Source: Acutalibacteraceae bacterium (GTDB taxonomy: Bacteria; Bacillota; Clostridia; Oscillospirales; Acutalibacteraceae). Taken from it: 64,000 nt of DNA. The notes beneath the pieces were generated by a model. The model made no database searches and had not been told where the DNA came from. It was given only the letters and a program-made list of their open reading frames with translations. Location: contig JAZLAG010000003.1 in NCBI GenBank assembly GCA_045613085.1, positions 48,696-112,695 of the forward strand. Reading direction: 5' to 3'. Positions 60,582 to 64,000 of the stretch are shown in pieces; position 1 is the first letter of the stretch, and every line of letters begins with the position of its first letter. The position numbers and the translations under genes are program-made.

Positions 60582-62840
60582 TTAATTTACCGCAATTGTA
60601 ATTGTGTTCTTAAGTCTTATATCGTTAGAGGATGCACCAACTAAAATTTCAAACTCACCGTCTTCAACAACCCATTCGAAGTGTCTGTCGAGAAGCTTAA
60701 AAGAATCGAAATCAAGCTTAAATTCTACTGTTTTTGTTTCACCAGTTTCTAGTGTAATTCTCTCGAAGCCTTTGAGTTCTTTAGGTGGAGTAATAATTGA
60801 AGAAACCTTGTCGTTTACATAAAGCTGAACGACCTCGTCGCCCTTTACTTTACCAGTATTTTTAATATCAACTGAAACAATATAATCTAATTCACTCTGT
60901 TTTTGAATTTTAAGATTCTTATACTCGAAGCTTGTATAAGAAAGACCAAAACCAAATTCATAACGCGGTCTTCTGCTACCCTCAAACATAACTTCAGTAT
61001 TATTAGGTAAAACAGTGTAATAGCATGGGATTCTGTAAGAATCCTGTGGGAATGACACAGGCAATCTACCTGCAGGGTTATTTAACCCAACAAGTGTTTC
61101 AGCAATTGCTTTAGCACCAGTTTCACCACCGAACCAAGCAACCAAAATTGCATTACAGATACAATTTTCAACAGATAAGTCAATTGCTCTGCCATTTTCA
61201 AGAACAAGAACAACAGGCTTTCCTGTTTTAGCAACCTCTTCAATTAATTCGCGTTGCTTACCCGCTAATTTTAAATCAGCTCTGTCATGACCCTCGCTAC
61301 TTGTGAATGTATTGTCACCACAAACAATAATAGCAATATCACTATTTTTTGCAATTTCTACAGCCTCAGGAATACATTCCTTTTCATCCTCATCATATAC
61401 TTCAACAAGATGTGGTTGTCCTTCCTGTGTTTCTACATGAAGGTCCTTTGGAATACCGCAACCATTACAATATGTAATTTCCACTTCGTTACCCAATAAT
61501 GTTTTCAACTCATCCAAAACAGACTTTAATTCATAACCATCAGGAACAGAAGAATACCCGCCTAATCTCTGACGATTTGCAGATGGACCTAAAAGAGCAA
61601 TTTTCTTATACTTCTCTTTTTGAAGAGGTAATATACCATCATTTTTAATAAGTGTCATAGACTTTCTTGCCGCTTCGTGTGATGCAGTTAAATGCTTCTC
61701 GCATCTTATTACACTTTTGTGTAAGTGTTCGTCTGTGTAGGGATTTTCAAAAAGTCCTAACTCGAATTTTACTTTGAGTACTCTCAAAACAGCATCGTCG
61801 ATTCGTTTCATTGGGATTCTGCCAGATTTAACATTCTTTATAATTGTTTCTTCCCATATTTTCGTGTCGTAATCGCAACACCCCTGCATATCAAGACCAG
61901 CATTTATTGAATCACAAATTGCATCTTCATCAGTTGCAGCAGTAAAATGACGATTTACGAGTCTTACAACTGAACCCCAGTCTGCTCTTACATAACCTTT
62001 CATCCCCCATTTTTCACGAAGGATATCGGTTAAATAATACTTAGAGCTTAAAACAACCTCACCGTCAATAGCGTTGTAGCAAGACATTACATTGTAGGCT
62101 CCCGCCTTTTTTATAGCGGTTTCAAATACAGGCAAATAGCTCTGTTCAATTTCTCTTCTGCCTACGCGTGCCTGGGCACAGTTTATACCATTTTCAGGAA
62201 TACCATGAACACAATAATGCTTAGGCTCACACACAACTGCATCGGGTCTTTCTATATTACCATCCTGTTGCTCACCTGTAACAATCTGATAGCCAAGTTC
62301 ACAAGAAAGATAAGTATCTTCACCAAAGGTTTCTTCAACTCTGCCCCAGCGAGGTTCTCTTGCTACATCAAGATTTGGAGCTAAAATCTCGTGCATACCT
62401 AAAGCACGGGTTTCACTCGCAATTGCTCTGCCTATAGAATTTACATTTTTTCTGTCAAAGCTTGCTGCTAATGCAAGTGGTACTGGGAATACTGTAGCAC
62501 CTGGCCAAAGAATTCCGTGTAATGCTTCTCCTGTAAACATACAAGGAATACCGAGTCTTGAATTCTCAACAACAAATTTCTGTAATTTATTAAAAAGAAC
62601 CGGGTGAGAATAGCAATCGTGAATAAAGCCAATTCCTCTGTTACCTAAAGTTTCCTTTAATTTATCTTCCATTATTTCCGAATCAGTATGAACAGCACAA
62701 TGATATAATTTGTGAGGCTTGGTAGAAAATTCCACCCCTCTTATAATATCCATCTGTGCAACTTTTTCTTCTAAAGTCATTATTGAAAGCAGACTTTTAG
62801 CTCTTTCTTCAGGTGAAAGTGATGTGTTTTTGTAATCCAT
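60582..62840 (-). CDS. GH3 beta-glucosidase/xylosidase-type glycoside hydrolase
   Basis: KHYCVHG, nucleophile region GYVRADWG, and a C-terminal FnIII-like domain. I prefer the start at 62840 (MDYKNTSLSPEERA...). Confidence 0.9.
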   Translation of the reverse strand: MDYKNTSLSPEERAKSLLSIMTLEEKVAQMDIIRGVEFSTKPHKLYHCAVHTDSEIMEDKLKETLGNRGIGFIHDCYSHPVLFNKLQKFVVENSRLGIPCMFTGEALHGILWPGATVFPVPLALAASFDRKNVNSIGRAIASETRALGMHEILAPNLDVAREPRWGRVEETFGEDTYLSCELGYQIVTGEQQDGNIERPDAVVCEPKHYCVHGIPENGINCAQARVGRREIEQSYLPVFETAIKKAGAYNVMSCYNAIDGEVVLSSKYYLTDILREKWGMKGYVRADWGSVVRLVNRHFTAATDEDAICDSINAGLDMQGCCDYDTKIWEETIIKNVKSGRIPMKRIDDAVLRVLKVKFELGLFENPYTDEHLHKSVIRCEKHLTASHEAARKSMTLIKNDGILPLQKEKYKKIALLGPSANRQRLGGYSSVPDGYELKSVLDELKTLLGNEVEITYCNGCGIPKDLHVETQEGQPHLVEVYDEDEKECIPEAVEIAKNSDIAIIVCGDNTFTSSEGHDRADLKLAGKQRELIEEVAKTGKPVVLVLENGRAIDLSVENCICNAILVAWFGGETGAKAIAETLVGLNNPAGRLPVSFPQDSYRIPCYYTVLPNNTEVMFEGSRRPRYEFGFGLSYTSFEYKNLKIQKQSELDYIVSVDIKNTGKVKGDEVVQLYVNDKVSSIITPPKELKGFERITLETGETKTVEFKLDFDSFKLLDRHFEWVVEDGEFEILVGASSNDIRLKNTITIAVN

Positions 62841-62979
62841 AAGAATACTCCAATATTGAAAAAAATTCGATGTAAAAAGTATATCATTTAATAGTGTGCA
62901 AGTCAATTAAATATATTTGCAAATATTATAATTATGTGATAGAATATATATATTAAATTTTTTATAATAGGGTGATTTA

Positions 62980-64000
62980 ATGTCAAAAGCACTGACCCCT
63001 GAAAAACTAAAAAAACAAGCTTTAAAAAGAGAAAAAGAAATCCAAAAATGGGAAAAAGAAAAAGCGAGACCGAAACGCAACCTTTATTTTGCTTACCTTG
63101 TTTTCATTATTACGCTTATTTACGGCACTGATGAAATTGCTTCTCAAATAGGCACCTTAATGAAAACAGAAATCGCAAATGACCTTTTAAGCAAATTTGG
63201 TGAAAGCTCCGTTGGTATTTTAGATGTTCTTTCAATTCTTGTAGTACCATTTCAGGCTATAGGTCTTTTATATAGACCACTTGCTGACCGTTGGGGCAGA
63301 AAAAAATTCTTAATTATAAACACCTTTGGTATGAGCATTGCTCTTCTTGTAATTTTCTTATCAAATAATTTATTCTTATACTTCGTGGGTGCTGCTTTAG
63401 TTCAGTTCTTTATTCCACATGATATGCACGTTGTTTATATAATGGAGTCTTCTCCCTCCAAGCACAGAGCGAGAGTTTATTCATCAATTAAATTTATAGC
63501 TAATATGTCTGTTATGGTTATTCCTCTTTTAAGAAGATTTTTAATGACCGAAGCTTCAGAGTGGCGAAATGTTTATTTTATTCCTGCAATAATCGGTTTA
63601 GTTTCTTCGTTTATAGCACTTATGACCGCACGAGAAACTGACACATTTATTGAATCGAGACTTCGTTACTTAAGAATGACCGACGAAGAACGAGAAGAAG
63701 AAAAGCGAAAAAAATCAAGCGAAAATGCTCAGGGTGGTTTAGTTCACGCTTTGAAATTCGCTTTGAAGCATAAACAATTAAAGTGGCTTTATATCACGTC
63801 TGCTCTTGCTAACATTGGTTTTATTGGAACTATTAATTATCAGGTTATTTTGTCTTATGGCTACGCACAGAACTATGTTGAAAATGGTCTTTTCACTTCT
63901 TTGGGCGAAGAGGTTATGAATGCAGTAAGCGTAGGACCTGTAACGACTGCACTTTTTATGTTCCCTATTGGTTGTGCGGTCTCTCAAGTTATAATGGGCT
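62980..64000 (+). CDS. MFS transporter, C-terminal part runs off the window
   Basis: Own translation from the ATG at 62980 (agggtga RBS): MSKALTPEKLKK...YRPLADRWGRKK (MFS motif A)... It stays open to the window end. Confidence 0.78.
   Translation, partial: MSKALTPEKLKKQALKREKEIQKWEKEKARPKRNLYFAYLVFIITLIYGTDEIASQIGTLMKTEIANDLLSKFGESSVGILDVLSILVVPFQAIGLLYRPLADRWGRKKFLIINTFGMSIALLVIFLSNNLFLYFVGAALVQFFIPHDMHVVYIMESSPSKHRARVYSSIKFIANMSVMVIPLLRRFLMTEASEWRNVYFIPAIIGLVSSFIALMTARETDTFIESRLRYLRMTDEEREEEKRKKSSENAQGGLVHALKFALKHKQLKWLYITSALANIGFIGTINYQVILSYGYAQNYVENGLFTSLGEEVMNAVSVGPVTTALFMFPIGCAVSQVIMG

Overview
This is a low-GC Firmicutes/Clostridia-type chromosomal window. Dockerin modules and many carbohydrate-active enzymes suggest a Ruminococcaceae-like gut or rumen organism, but that is inference only. 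About two thirds is ordinary core content: glgP, a MATE pump, metA/metY, a glycerol-3-phosphate oxidoreductase trio, a MacB-type ABC exporter, PBP plus FHA-RodA, galM, an OmpR/HK/HtrA module, ttcA, type III glutamine synthetase, ahpC, MurT/GatD, GH3/GH29/GH95-like enzymes, and tRNA-Ser x2 and tRNA-Leu. The interesting part lies at 44.1-54.0 kb. A duplicated 3' half of tRNA-Leu plus its terminator (44493-44585), together with further tRNA-like scars, marks the edge of a very AT-rich accessory segment. That segment is bracketed by two inverted ~277-nt paralogous elements that look like structured RNA (44190-44465 on + and 53687-53963 on -). Their terminal helices differ completely in sequence but remain complementary within each copy. 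Just inside the left boundary is a translationally coupled three-gene operon (44810-48411, minus strand). It encodes a STAS-like + GHKL (RsbW-like) ATPase/kinase, a PRTase-fold protein carrying an LDSSG motif, and an HD-phosphohydrolase-PRTase fusion. I cannot assign this operon to any named system and propose it as a candidate nucleotide-centred conflict/defence module. The rest of the segment carries detox/resistance-type cargo (flavodoxin-like, DinB-like, APH, NUDIX, tandem GNAT, LytTR) and gene remnants. No integrase, CRISPR array, rRNA or prophage was found. All functional calls come from motif reading of the translated ORFs and manual folding; no database search was possible.
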